Under the pieces are notes generated by a model, which saw only the letters and a list, made by a program, of their open reading frames with translations, had not been told where the DNA came from and ran no database searches. A program made the position numbers and the translations under genes. A stretch of DNA of 64,000 nt from a virus. Its lineage: Duplodnaviria; Caudoviricetes. The first letter of the stretch is position 1. Every line of letters starts with the position of its first letter. The stretch lies in the IMG/VR virus record IMGVR_UViG_3300027772_001865, positions 1 to 64,000 of that record; one strand, 5' to 3'. This document shows, in pieces, positions 37,636 through 47,792 of the stretch.

Positions 37636-39338
37636 TGAACGTTGACGCCAAGCTCGCAGAACTGCGTGGCATGCACACTGTACTGGAAGTGGTAGATTTG
37701 TCTACTTGGTCCAGTGATTATGAATCAAGTTTAGCCGAGCTAACGCAACGTTGCCGCGAGTTATATCAAGACACTTATCAGGATGACCAACGTATTGTGT
37801 TTGTACACACCAAAGATTACTATGTAAAGAACAATGATCAGGCAGGATTAATTACAAAAAATCTTCAATTGATTTTGAACAATATTGATATCAGCAACTA
37901 TTTTGTGGTAGTACTCAGTACCACTGCTACAGAAGACGCTGCCGCTGTAGCCCAACAACTGAGTTCAGATCCTGTGCCAATCACATGGTATTCAATTGCT
38001 GGAGAATTTGAGAGAATTGATTTAGAAAAGCATCCGCACAGTATCAAAGAAACATATCAATACGGCAGCGCAAATCCACTCAAGATCAGTTTAGATGAAT
38101 TGTCAGACAGAGAAAAATATTTGTTGACACAATCTAAAACGTTCTGCATGTATCCCTGGATTCATTTACATGCCTGGCCAACTGGACAAGCATTTCCCTG
38201 TTGTCATGCCAAAGCAGGAGCAGGACAAGTAGGCAATTGCCGCACTCACACCATGAAACAGATATGGAACAGTGATCAACTGCGCAAATTACGCACAGAC
38301 ATGCTGAGTGAAACACCCAATGCGGCCTGCGGGCGATGTTACGAACAAGAAAACTCTGGATTTTTCTCAGGCCGCCAGTCAGCAAACAAACATCACGGAC
38401 ATCATATAGATCGGGTCAACAAAACTCATGAAGATGGACATTTTGATCAGTTTGAATTAACTTATTGGGATGTTCGCTTTAGTAACCTGTGCAATTTAAA
38501 ATGCCGTAGTTGCGGACATGTCTTTAGCTCACAGTGGTATCAAGATCAAGCCAAGCTAACACTTGATCAATCCTGGAAAGAAAAGAACTCGGTATTAAAC
38601 TATGCTGGCCGTACAGAAACAGACATGTGGGAACAACTAGAACCACACCTGGACTATGTAGAGCAGATCTATTTTGCTGGGGGTGAACCTTTGTTAATGG
38701 AAGAACACTATCGTATTCTAGACGAATTAGTAAAGCGCAAGAAATTTGATGTAAGATTGACATATAACACAAACTTTACACACACTGACTTAAAGGGCAA
38801 AAGTGTATTTGAATATTGGAAACAGTTTAACTCAGTAGCAGTTGGAGCAAGTCTAGACGATTCAGGCACACGTGGCGAATACATGCGCAAAGGCACCGAC
38901 TGGGCAGTGGTGGAACAAAATCGTAGAGACATGTTGCGCATCTGTCCTGAGGTGGACTTTTACATTAGCCCTACACTTAGCATTATGAATGCCATGCACT
39001 TGACTGACTTCCATAGAGACTGGGTGGAAAAAGGCCTGTTAAAACCGCAGGATCTAAATGTAAACATCTTGCAGGATCCTGTTGAATATAGAATAGACAT
39101 TGCTACTCCTGAATACAAGCAACAGATCAAACAAAAGTTTGAACAACATCTTGAATGGTTGCGTCCGCAAGATCCCTTGCAAAGAGCCACAGTGGGATTT
39201 GAGTCAGCAATCAACTACCTGATGAGCAAAGATAATTCATCACTGATTCCTGCATTCTGGAGTAAGACTGAGGCATTAGATGACGTACGACAAGAAAACA
39301 TCCTAGACATTATTCCAGAATTAAAGGCATTAAAATGA
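37632..39338 (+). CDS. Radical SAM protein 3, N-terminal twitch type with an extra ~160-aa N-terminal domain
   Basis: FCMYPW...PCCH...GNC...IWNS...CGRCY, CNLKCRSC, and AGGEP. Confidence 0.9.
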   Translation: MMNVDAKLAELRGMHTVLEVVDLSTWSSDYESSLAELTQRCRELYQDTYQDDQRIVFVHTKDYYVKNNDQAGLITKNLQLILNNIDISNYFVVVLSTTATEDAAAVAQQLSSDPVPITWYSIAGEFERIDLEKHPHSIKETYQYGSANPLKISLDELSDREKYLLTQSKTFCMYPWIHLHAWPTGQAFPCCHAKAGAGQVGNCRTHTMKQIWNSDQLRKLRTDMLSETPNAACGRCYEQENSGFFSGRQSANKHHGHHIDRVNKTHEDGHFDQFELTYWDVRFSNLCNLKCRSCGHVFSSQWYQDQAKLTLDQSWKEKNSVLNYAGRTETDMWEQLEPHLDYVEQIYFAGGEPLLMEEHYRILDELVKRKKFDVRLTYNTNFTHTDLKGKSVFEYWKQFNSVAVGASLDDSGTRGEYMRKGTDWAVVEQNRRDMLRICPEVDFYISPTLSIMNAMHLTDFHRDWVEKGLLKPQDLNVNILQDPVEYRIDIATPEYKQQIKQKFEQHLEWLRPQDPLQRATVGFESAINYLMSKDNSSLIPAFWSKTEALDDVRQENILDIIPELKALK

Positions 39339-40552
39339 ATATCCCTCACGATAAATTCTGCGTACTACCTTGGATCAGCTTAGAAGCCAGCCCCATTGGT
39401 ACAGTACGTCCCTGTTGTTTGGCTGATGATGAAATTGTCGACGATGCAGGCAACAAGTTTGAGCTACTCACAGCCAACTTCTCTGAAATTCAAAATTCAT
39501 CTCATATGCGTAGTTTGCGACAGCAGTTCCTTGATGGTGAAAAGCCGCAGACATGTCGTAAATGTTTCAACGAAGAACGTTCAGGTAGAACCAGCAAACG
39601 CATGCACACACTCAACAGGCTCAAACACATGTTGCCTGATCAAGAATGGACAACAGATGCCAAACCCTTGATGTTCTTAGATCTCAAGCTGGGCAACATT
39701 TGTAATTTGAAATGCCGCATATGCGGATCATGGAGCAGTTCACAGTTTGCCACAGAAGAACTAAATCAAATGCACTCCAATGAGGAGAAAAAAGCCAGCT
39801 TGCCTTATCAGATGTTACGTGCAGGAGCCTGGCCTCGGGAAAATCAGAAGTTCTGGCAACAAATTGAATCAGTGTTGACTGATATTCGTTACATTGAATT
39901 CACAGGCGGTGAACCCTTTATGATTCAAGAGCACTTTGATATGTTGCAAGGACTTGTAGACCGTGGCATTGCGCACAATGTAGAAATACACTACAACACA
40001 AATGGCACACACTGGCCCGAGAACGCACCTGAAATTTGGCGTCATTTTAAACTGGTTGAGATTGCATTGTCAATAGATGATGTAGGCGAACGTTTTGAAT
40101 ACCAACGCAGTAATGCTGTATGGACCGAGGTTGAACAAAACGTGAGCCGTTTTGCAGAACTAAAGGCACAAAGCACCAATATTGAATTACAATGCTGTAC
40201 CACAGTAAATGTATTCAATGTGCGTTACTTAGAACAGGTTGCTGCCTGGATTGATCAGCAGGCATTTGATTTTGTGTACTGGAATATGATGCACGACGCC
40301 TGGTACTTCTCTATTGCAACCTTGCCCGATGAAGCCAAAGCAGGAATTACTGCACACTTACAATCTGCACAGTTTCCCGAACGTTTTCGCGGTGAAATTA
40401 ACAACATCATTGAGTTTATGAATCGTGGCGCTTCGACAGACGGCAACATCTTGAAGATGCGTGTGCGTGATCTAGATCGAAAACGTTCACAAGACATGGC
40501 GCAGATACAACCAGAATTTGCCGAGTTAATTAACTATAAGTATGCCACTTAA
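39335..40552 (+). CDS. Radical SAM protein 4, N-terminal twitch type
   Basis: FCVLPW...GTVRPCCLA...CRKCF, CNLKCRIC, and TGGEP. Confidence 0.9.
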   Translation: MNIPHDKFCVLPWISLEASPIGTVRPCCLADDEIVDDAGNKFELLTANFSEIQNSSHMRSLRQQFLDGEKPQTCRKCFNEERSGRTSKRMHTLNRLKHMLPDQEWTTDAKPLMFLDLKLGNICNLKCRICGSWSSSQFATEELNQMHSNEEKKASLPYQMLRAGAWPRENQKFWQQIESVLTDIRYIEFTGGEPFMIQEHFDMLQGLVDRGIAHNVEIHYNTNGTHWPENAPEIWRHFKLVEIALSIDDVGERFEYQRSNAVWTEVEQNVSRFAELKAQSTNIELQCCTTVNVFNVRYLEQVAAWIDQQAFDFVYWNMMHDAWYFSIATLPDEAKAGITAHLQSAQFPERFRGEINNIIEFMNRGASTDGNILKMRVRDLDRKRSQDMAQIQPEFAELINYKYAT

Positions 40553-41480
40553 ATTGCTGTTGCACAACAATGATCGTAATTCGTTTTCTCACAGTCATGT
40601 GCAGACACAGTTACGGAAACATTTTGATATTGTCGCTTGGCAGCCAAATACCATGTACAGCAGAGATCATGTGTTGGTCGTAGACTCATTCAAGTTACAT
40701 CGTGTTGATCCTAATTATTGGTACGTATCTTATCTCAGAGACGGATATAAAGTACTAGTGGACAACATGTGGGAAATACCAAATTTTATAGACACTCATT
40801 TTCCCAGTGATGACCTGGGTTACCATGTGATGCAAAACACCAATTGGTTCTGGTACAACGAATCCATGATGTACTCTGAATCAGGATTGGATCAATACTG
40901 CCCAAATAAAACATATGACCGTCTGGCTCTCATGCCCATGCGCATTGGCCGTGGACATCGTCGTGATCTTGTGATTGAACTAAGCAGTGTCCTGGACAAT
41001 CTTATCTGGAGTTTTAATGCACACGGTCGTCAATTGCCCGACGATTTACCACAAGACCATCCAGACTATCAGAGACATTTTAATCCTGCCTGGTATGATC
41101 GCACACATTTCAGCATAGTGGCCGAGAGTCAGACTGACAACCCTGAAATGTTTATCACGGAAAAGACATTTAAACCCATGGCGTTTTATCACCCGTATGT
41201 TGTGATGGCACAAGCAGGTGTATTAAATTACCTGCGTACACAAGGATTTGAAACGTTTAACAACCTGTTTGACGAAACATATGATACCATAACAGACTAT
41301 TACCCTAGATTATTAGCAGTAACAGATGCAGTTAAACGCTATGCGTGTGTGCCCTATGATGCCATAACACACCAAAAGCTCGCACACAATCACAATCGTT
41401 TCTTTGATCAAAAACTAGTACAAGATCGTTTTGTTAAAGAAATAATTAATCCTATTATGGAGTATGCTGAATCATTATGA
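40542..41480 (+). CDS. GT10-like (TEK motif) glycosyltransferase candidate B
   Basis: FSIVAESQ...FITEKTFKPMAFYHPYVV...LNYLRTQGFETF..LFDETYD. Confidence 0.5.
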   Translation: MPLKLLLHNNDRNSFSHSHVQTQLRKHFDIVAWQPNTMYSRDHVLVVDSFKLHRVDPNYWYVSYLRDGYKVLVDNMWEIPNFIDTHFPSDDLGYHVMQNTNWFWYNESMMYSESGLDQYCPNKTYDRLALMPMRIGRGHRRDLVIELSSVLDNLIWSFNAHGRQLPDDLPQDHPDYQRHFNPAWYDRTHFSIVAESQTDNPEMFITEKTFKPMAFYHPYVVMAQAGVLNYLRTQGFETFNNLFDETYDTITDYYPRLLAVTDAVKRYACVPYDAITHQKLAHNHNRFFDQKLVQDRFVKEIINPIMEYAESL

Positions 41481-42724
41481 CACCACCAACTGAAAATTTT
41501 TGCATCATTCCCTGGTTTGGCATTGAAACCACTCCTATAGGTACTGTTAGACCTTGTTGTCTTGCACGTGAGGAAATCATTGATGACAATGGTATTTCTT
41601 TTGATCTCCACTCAAGCACATTTGATCAAATTCAAAATAGTCAGTACATGAAGGATCTGCGACAACAATTCCTGGACAACAAACGCCCCCCAACATGTGG
41701 CAGTTGTTGGAATGTTGAAGTTGCTGGACACAAGAGCAAACGATTACAAACCTTGGAATCTATTCTTGCTAGACAAGTTAGCGAACAGACCTGGACCACA
41801 AACCCTATTCCGTTAAAATATGTTGATCTGAAATTGGGCAATATATGTAATTTAAAATGTCGTATATGCGGATCTTTTAGCAGTAGTCAAATTGCCTCCG
41901 AAAGTCTAGCAAGTTTGCCGTCACATAATGTCAAAGGCTTTCCAATTATTCATGACAAAAAGAACATGAATGAATACAAAATGCTTCGTCAGGGTGCATG
42001 GCCCAGGGAAAGTGCTGTGTTTTGGGACGAATTAGAAAAAGTACTGGGGCAAATTAAAAAATTTGATATATCAGGCGGTGAGCCTTTCTTGATCGAAGAG
42101 CATTTTGAAATGTTGCGTAATATGGTTGTTAACGGCCACTCACACGATACTGAAATATATTACAACTCAAATGGCACAGTGTATCCCGAGCAAGCTGAGG
42201 ATATTTGGAAAGATTTTCAAACAGTAAAAATTGCTCTGAGCCTTGATGACATTGGGGCTAGATATGAATATCAAAGATCCAACGGAAATTGGGACGTGAT
42301 ATTAAGCAACTTGGAAAAGTTTAGACAACTGCGAGCAAGGCATGGTAATATTGAACTAGAAGCAGGCTGTACTGTAAGCATATATAATGTGTTATATCTA
42401 GTAGAAATACTAGATTGTTTACAAACACAATCTCTTGATTTTGTACACATAAATTTTTTGCATTACAATCCAATGTTGAGCATTGCTAATTTACCTCAGA
42501 CAATCAAAGATCAAATAATAACTCATTTGATCACTGCTAATCAAACTGCCAATCATAATGAAATTTCTGTTGTGATCAATTTTATGCGGCAAGGAAACAG
42601 TAAAAATGACATACTAGACACTCTGGCATACATGAAGCATATTGATCAACTTAGATCAACTCATCTGTGGGATTCTTCTCCTGAACTTGCAAAAATACTA
42701 AATTACCAGTATAATATACAATGA
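41477..42724 (+). CDS. Radical SAM protein 5, close paralog of protein 4
   Basis: FCIIPW...GTVRPCCLA...CGSCW, DLKLGNICNLKCRICGS, MLRQGAWPRE, and SGGEP. Confidence 0.9.
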   Translation: MTPPTENFCIIPWFGIETTPIGTVRPCCLAREEIIDDNGISFDLHSSTFDQIQNSQYMKDLRQQFLDNKRPPTCGSCWNVEVAGHKSKRLQTLESILARQVSEQTWTTNPIPLKYVDLKLGNICNLKCRICGSFSSSQIASESLASLPSHNVKGFPIIHDKKNMNEYKMLRQGAWPRESAVFWDELEKVLGQIKKFDISGGEPFLIEEHFEMLRNMVVNGHSHDTEIYYNSNGTVYPEQAEDIWKDFQTVKIALSLDDIGARYEYQRSNGNWDVILSNLEKFRQLRARHGNIELEAGCTVSIYNVLYLVEILDCLQTQSLDFVHINFLHYNPMLSIANLPQTIKDQIITHLITANQTANHNEISVVINFMRQGNSKNDILDTLAYMKHIDQLRSTHLWDSSPELAKILNYQYNIQ

Positions 42725-45159
42725 GTAATTCTTTAAACAAACCCTTGTGTGTTTTGCCATTTATGCATGGTCTAATGGACACAACGGACCAACTGTTACC
42801 ATGTTGTGCGTACAATCATCGGCACGGTAAACAATATCATGTACATGAGTTTGATACCTGGTGGGAATCAGGATTAACGGAAATTAGACAAGACATGCTT
42901 GCTGGCCGAAAACACGAAGGCTGCAATCGTTGTTGGAAAGAAGAAGAACAAGGAATATTAAGTTACCGCCAACGACAGAATGAATATTGGGCTCAATATC
43001 AAAATATCCAACAGCCGCTGCCCAAACCTGTGTTTTTAATGATGGGCATTGGCAACTATTGCAATATTAAATGTATCATGTGTTCTCCACAAAAAAGCAG
43101 CTTATGGGCAGAGGAGTACGAAAAGAATCAAAAAGCATTCAAAAAAATTAATATACACTTTACTCACTACAATAACGGCTCTTGGAGTGAACCAGAAAAA
43201 ATTGAACGTCTATTAGATCATGTGGCCACTGATGTGGAAATGTTGCACTTCAGCGGCGGCGAGCCACTTATTACCCCAGAATACAAACAAGTGTTACGTT
43301 CAGTTATCAATCCTAGCAACGTTGAACTACACATCAATACCAATCTCACCATGCTCAGTGAAGACTGGATAACATTGCTGAAACAGTTTAAAACAACAAT
43401 CAATGTGAGTCTTGAAGGTGTGGGCGAGAAAAATGACTATGTCAGAGAAGGATCTGACTGGTCTGTATTAGTACGCAACATAAACCGTCTTAAAGCGGCA
43501 GGAATATATGTTGCTGTATGTCATGCATTCAGTAGAACCAGTTTATTGGCCTTGCCAGAACTGTTGGAGTTTTGTACAGATAACAATTTACAAATCAGTT
43601 TCACTCAGTTGACATATCCGCCGTATTTGCAGGTGGCTGGTGCACCAGATTCAGAAAAACAACAATTTTTAACAGCATTAAACTGTATGAAATACCCAAA
43701 CCACACGGCACCAGAAATTTTTGTTTACGAAGACATTGTAAAAACAACCAAGTATGATGTAGAAAAAGATATTGCATTTTGGAAATTTATAGATACCATG
43801 GACCAATTACACAATAAAAACTATCAAGAAATCTTCAAGGTCACTCCACAATCTGTGACTGATAGAAAGGTCGATACATTTTGCATGGCACCTTGGACAC
43901 ACACCTATCTGAGTCCACAAACTGAACGAAGAATATGCTGTGCGTCAAGGGAACCTGCTCAGAGTTTTAAACAATACATTGATACCGCAGCCGGCACAGG
44001 CAAATACATGCCTATCACACTGGATGAACACTGGAATGGAGATCACATGCGCAGTGTACGTCGTCGTATGTTGGCTGGGGAAACCTTGCCCGAGTGTGAA
44101 GTATGCAATAACAAACTGTTGAATACTGATGTGTACAGAAGTTATTTTACGCATCTGTTCAAACACAAAATTGATGAAGTGTACAGTTCAACTGACGAAA
44201 CTGGTTATACCACAATGCAGCCAGTGAGTTGGGACTATCGTTTCAGTAATCTCTGCAACTTTAAATGCAGAACCTGCGGAGACATGTTATCAAGTGCCTG
44301 GGAAACAGAACAAAAGCAACATGACATGACGGATTGGGCCAATCCCAAGAACAACTGGATGCGTCCTGAAATAAGAAACGAAATTTCAGCATTTCAAGAT
44401 CAGCAAATTGAACAAGAGTTTAGTGACGCTGTGGAACAACACCGTGTGGAAGAAATATACTGGGTAGGCGGTGAGCCCTTGATGTTTGAACAGCATTGGC
44501 GGTATATGAAACGCATAGTAGATCTGAGAGACGGCCCACGTGTGTATGCACGATATAACACCAATCTCAGCAGGGTAGATTACAAAGGAGTGAATCTTTA
44601 TCGAGACATTCTTGCTCATATTCGCGACTGGCAGATTTGTGCCAGCCTAGATGGTACAGGCACCACAGGAGAGTACATACGCACAGGATTAAATTATGCA
44701 GAATTCTGCAGAAACTTTGAACAAGGTATTGCTATAAAACGCCACAAGAGACAAATGCGACTAGACTTCACACTCACACTGCCGGGCATGACAGAAATTT
44801 TAGCCATGGAACAGTTGGCTGCATCATACGATGTAGAACTATTGGCCAAACTTATATTCAGCTTCACTCCAGAGATCATTATGAGCCCTTTAGCAATGCC
44901 CAGGACGTTATTAATGAACTGGATCACGGATCTGTTGCCACAATGTCAGACTGAAGTCATGCGTGATATGCTGTTGCAATTGCAGTCTAGACCAACATTT
45001 GAAGAACAGTGGCCAAATATATATCAACAAGAATTAATAAAAGGCAAAACTCGTGTGTTACGATTAGAAAGCATACGTACATCGCCCACTAGCATGGCTA
45101 CAATATTGAGTGAAAGACCCGATGTCAAAGAATGGTGGAACAAAATTGGAACAAATTGA
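42721..45159 (+). CDS. Double radical SAM protein (two complete twitch-rSAM units, domains 6 and 7)
   Basis: Unit 1: LCVLPF...PCCAY...CNRCW, CNIKCIMC, SGGEP. Unit 2 from ~43855: FCMAPW...ICCAS...CEVC, CNFKCRTC, VGGEP. Confidence 0.9.
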   Translation: MSNSLNKPLCVLPFMHGLMDTTDQLLPCCAYNHRHGKQYHVHEFDTWWESGLTEIRQDMLAGRKHEGCNRCWKEEEQGILSYRQRQNEYWAQYQNIQQPLPKPVFLMMGIGNYCNIKCIMCSPQKSSLWAEEYEKNQKAFKKINIHFTHYNNGSWSEPEKIERLLDHVATDVEMLHFSGGEPLITPEYKQVLRSVINPSNVELHINTNLTMLSEDWITLLKQFKTTINVSLEGVGEKNDYVREGSDWSVLVRNINRLKAAGIYVAVCHAFSRTSLLALPELLEFCTDNNLQISFTQLTYPPYLQVAGAPDSEKQQFLTALNCMKYPNHTAPEIFVYEDIVKTTKYDVEKDIAFWKFIDTMDQLHNKNYQEIFKVTPQSVTDRKVDTFCMAPWTHTYLSPQTERRICCASREPAQSFKQYIDTAAGTGKYMPITLDEHWNGDHMRSVRRRMLAGETLPECEVCNNKLLNTDVYRSYFTHLFKHKIDEVYSSTDETGYTTMQPVSWDYRFSNLCNFKCRTCGDMLSSAWETEQKQHDMTDWANPKNNWMRPEIRNEISAFQDQQIEQEFSDAVEQHRVEEIYWVGGEPLMFEQHWRYMKRIVDLRDGPRVYARYNTNLSRVDYKGVNLYRDILAHIRDWQICASLDGTGTTGEYIRTGLNYAEFCRNFEQGIAIKRHKRQMRLDFTLTLPGMTEILAMEQLAASYDVELLAKLIFSFTPEIIMSPLAMPRTLLMNWITDLLPQCQTEVMRDMLLQLQSRPTFEEQWPNIYQQELIKGKTRVLRLESIRTSPTSMATILSERPDVKEWWNKIGTN

Positions 45160-46216
45160 AATAACTTTAAGAAACACTAACACAGGGGATCTGCTGCCGG
45201 TGTATATAGATGTAGAAGATAACAGCCTAAGTCGTCGTTGGTTAACGGCATTAAATGAATTACTGGAAAAGAATTTCCATTTAGAAAAGAACTACTGTTG
45301 GTTTGGCTGGCATGCAGGACCTAGAACAGCAGAGTACGTATGTGATCAAATCAATCGATCAATTGCGGCCATCAATGCCGCGGACATGGGCTATCAAATT
45401 ACAGATCATTTTGATACCATCAACACCATTACAGCAGGTGCAGTGGGTGACGGCTTGCCAGGCGGCAAACTCATACACAAAAAACTAAATCAATTGCACC
45501 GCTACTTTGAAGACCTACAGGGAGTGTCGGGTGCAATGAGTCCATTTTACACTCGTGCAGATGCCGCCACACGTTGGCATATTCGTCAGTTAAATTTGCT
45601 GTGTCACGAATATGAAAGTCTAGTGCTGAGCATGCGCAAGGCACACTATGCTCCAGAATGGGTGCGTCCCAGTCAGCTCATGTGCTGGTTAAATGCGCCA
45701 CGATTTGAACTAGAACCTGAAGACTATGAACTGTTTGGCATAGAAACAATCAATCGCAAGTTAGGCGGAGTGTATGTGGGTGTGAACAAAGCAGTGGGCA
45801 AACACCACTGGGAAGTGTTTCACGATGAAGGTAGAGACAGTCGCATAGACGAATTAACCACAACGACACTAAGAGCACAAACAGAAGCCGCAGGAGATTT
45901 TGACATAGAGTGGGCACGAGATCCGGGCGCTTACCCTTGGCAGATCAAACAGTTGGCACAGTTTCGGGAGTGGCTGATGATCAATGGATTCGATCCTGAA
46001 AACAAAGCACTCACTATAGGACACCCTCAAGTGGCACAAGTGAACTTGATCAAGACATTTGGTACAGACGATGCTGCCACAATCTGGACCATGTTAAATG
46101 ACTATTTAGATGTGTATAAAATAACAACTAGCCAGGCCGGTGCTATATACAACTATCACTGGAGCGATGCTGACTTTGGTGAACGTCAGATACGGTGTAT
46201 CACAAAAGGACCTTAA
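45110..46216 (+). CDS. Hypothetical protein (~360 aa) inside the island
   Basis: Long ORF overlapping the upstream gene, with no motif I recognise. The start is uncertain (GTG 45110 or a later TTG). Confidence 0.75.
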   Translation: MKDPMSKNGGTKLEQIEITLRNTNTGDLLPVYIDVEDNSLSRRWLTALNELLEKNFHLEKNYCWFGWHAGPRTAEYVCDQINRSIAAINAADMGYQITDHFDTINTITAGAVGDGLPGGKLIHKKLNQLHRYFEDLQGVSGAMSPFYTRADAATRWHIRQLNLLCHEYESLVLSMRKAHYAPEWVRPSQLMCWLNAPRFELEPEDYELFGIETINRKLGGVYVGVNKAVGKHHWEVFHDEGRDSRIDELTTTTLRAQTEAAGDFDIEWARDPGAYPWQIKQLAQFREWLMINGFDPENKALTIGHPQVAQVNLIKTFGTDDAATIWTMLNDYLDVYKITTSQAGAIYNYHWSDADFGERQIRCITKGP

Positions 46217-46217
46217 T

Positions 46218-46319
46218 ATGAACTGGCTCAAAAACTTATACAATAGAATTCGTTTAGAAATTCGATACCGCAAGAAGCTAAAAGAACTGCGCAAACGAGA
46301 TCCATTTATCTACAAATGA
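46218..46319 (+). CDS. 33-aa basic micro-protein MNWLKNLYNRIRLEIRYRKKLKELRKRDPFIYK
   Basis: Own translation. It fills the gap exactly, starts 1 nt after the upstream stop and overlaps the carbamoyltransferase start by ATGA. The C-terminal PFIY recalls small proteins found beside carbamoyltransferases. Confidence 0.7.
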   Translation: MNWLKNLYNRIRLEIRYRKKLKELRKRDPFIYK

Positions 46320-47791
46320 AAATACTAGGAATTTCAGCAGGGTTTCACGATGCTGCCGCTACTGTGATTAACAATGGTTATATTCTTTTTGCCGGACATA
46401 GTGAACGATATTCAAAACAAAAGAACGATGCCAATATACACCCAGATCTACTTAAGGATGCACTTGTGTATGGTGTAGATCATGTTGCGTATTACGAGCG
46501 TCCCTGGCTTAAACAACTGCGACAGTGGTATGCAGGACAGGGCCTGGAGTGGGATAAAGTCACGCTGAATCAAGTGTTACAGCAACAGGTCCCAGCGGCT
46601 ATGTTGTCACATCCTACCACAAGTACACATAATCATCACTTGTGCCATGCGGCAGCAGGATTTCAAACCTCATCCTACGATCGTGCCACAGTGGTGGTAA
46701 TAGATGCAGTAGGCGAGTTTGACACAATAACAATATGGGCAGCAGAATATGATTCAAAAGGCATGGCAAAGTATCGAAAACTTTGGTCACAGCATTATCC
46801 ACATTCAATTGGACTATTCTACTCTGCGGCTACTAGCAGTGTTGGCCTACGCCCACTAGACGAAGAATATATCCTAATGGGCATGGCAGCGTATGGTGAT
46901 GCCACAGCGGCTGTGGGCATGCAAAAATTAGTCAAAGACTCTGACCAAATACGATTCTGTGACAATCTACACACCGGCATTGACAGTAAATATCTGCAGG
47001 ATCTAGAAGAATTTGATATTGCTGCTGGCACACAAGCCATTGCAGAACAACTAATCATGAGTGTGATGCGCAGAGCACGTGACTTCAAATGGTCCAGCAA
47101 TTTGGTGTACATGGGTGGGGTTGCTCTTAACTGTAGCGCCAACAGAAATTTAGGAAAGTTCTTTGATAACATATGGATTATGCCTTGTCCTAGCGACGCT
47201 GGCAGTAGCCTGGGCGCGGCAGCATTGGCTTATGGGAAACAGATACATTGGACCAATGCCTATCTGGGCCATGATATCCCTGGTGATTATCCTGTGGATG
47301 ATATTATCACTGTCCTGCTACGTGATAAAATTGTGGGCGTGGCCAGCGGTCGTGCCGAATTTGGGCCCAGGGCTCTGGGCAATAGATCACTATTGGCAGA
47401 CCCCCGTGGCGCAGACATAAAGGCACGTGTAAATGATATCAAACGACGACAGCAATTCAGACCATTTGCGCCTGTTATTTTAGAAGAACATGCTCATAAC
47501 TATTTTGACATGCCTTGCAGATTCCCCAACAGTAGATATATGCAAGTTGTTGCTCGCTGTATACATCCTCACATATTTCCTGCTATCATTCATTATGACC
47601 ACACTAGTAGGGTACAAACAGTACCACCGGATGGTTCTGGAATAAGACAACTGCTAGAAGCATGGTACCGGGCAACAGGTTGTCCCATGTTGCTCAATAC
47701 TAGTCTAAACATACGAGGCGAACCCATGGTAAATGATCGTGCAGATGCTGAACGCTTTGAAGAGTTATACAATGTAAAGGTATGTTCATAA
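46316..47791 (+). CDS. Carbamoyltransferase (NodU/CmcH/TobZ family)
   Basis: ILGIS..FHDAAA, ERYSK.K, HHLCHA, SIGLFYS, MGMAAYG, GGVALN, DAGSSLGAA, EFGPRALGNRS, RQQFRPFAP, SRVQTV, and LLNTSLN. Confidence 0.93.
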   Translation: MKILGISAGFHDAAATVINNGYILFAGHSERYSKQKNDANIHPDLLKDALVYGVDHVAYYERPWLKQLRQWYAGQGLEWDKVTLNQVLQQQVPAAMLSHPTTSTHNHHLCHAAAGFQTSSYDRATVVVIDAVGEFDTITIWAAEYDSKGMAKYRKLWSQHYPHSIGLFYSAATSSVGLRPLDEEYILMGMAAYGDATAAVGMQKLVKDSDQIRFCDNLHTGIDSKYLQDLEEFDIAAGTQAIAEQLIMSVMRRARDFKWSSNLVYMGGVALNCSANRNLGKFFDNIWIMPCPSDAGSSLGAAALAYGKQIHWTNAYLGHDIPGDYPVDDIITVLLRDKIVGVASGRAEFGPRALGNRSLLADPRGADIKARVNDIKRRQQFRPFAPVILEEHAHNYFDMPCRFPNSRYMQVVARCIHPHIFPAIIHYDHTSRVQTVPPDGSGIRQLLEAWYRATGCPMLLNTSLNIRGEPMVNDRADAERFEELYNVKVCS

Positions 47792-47792
47792 T

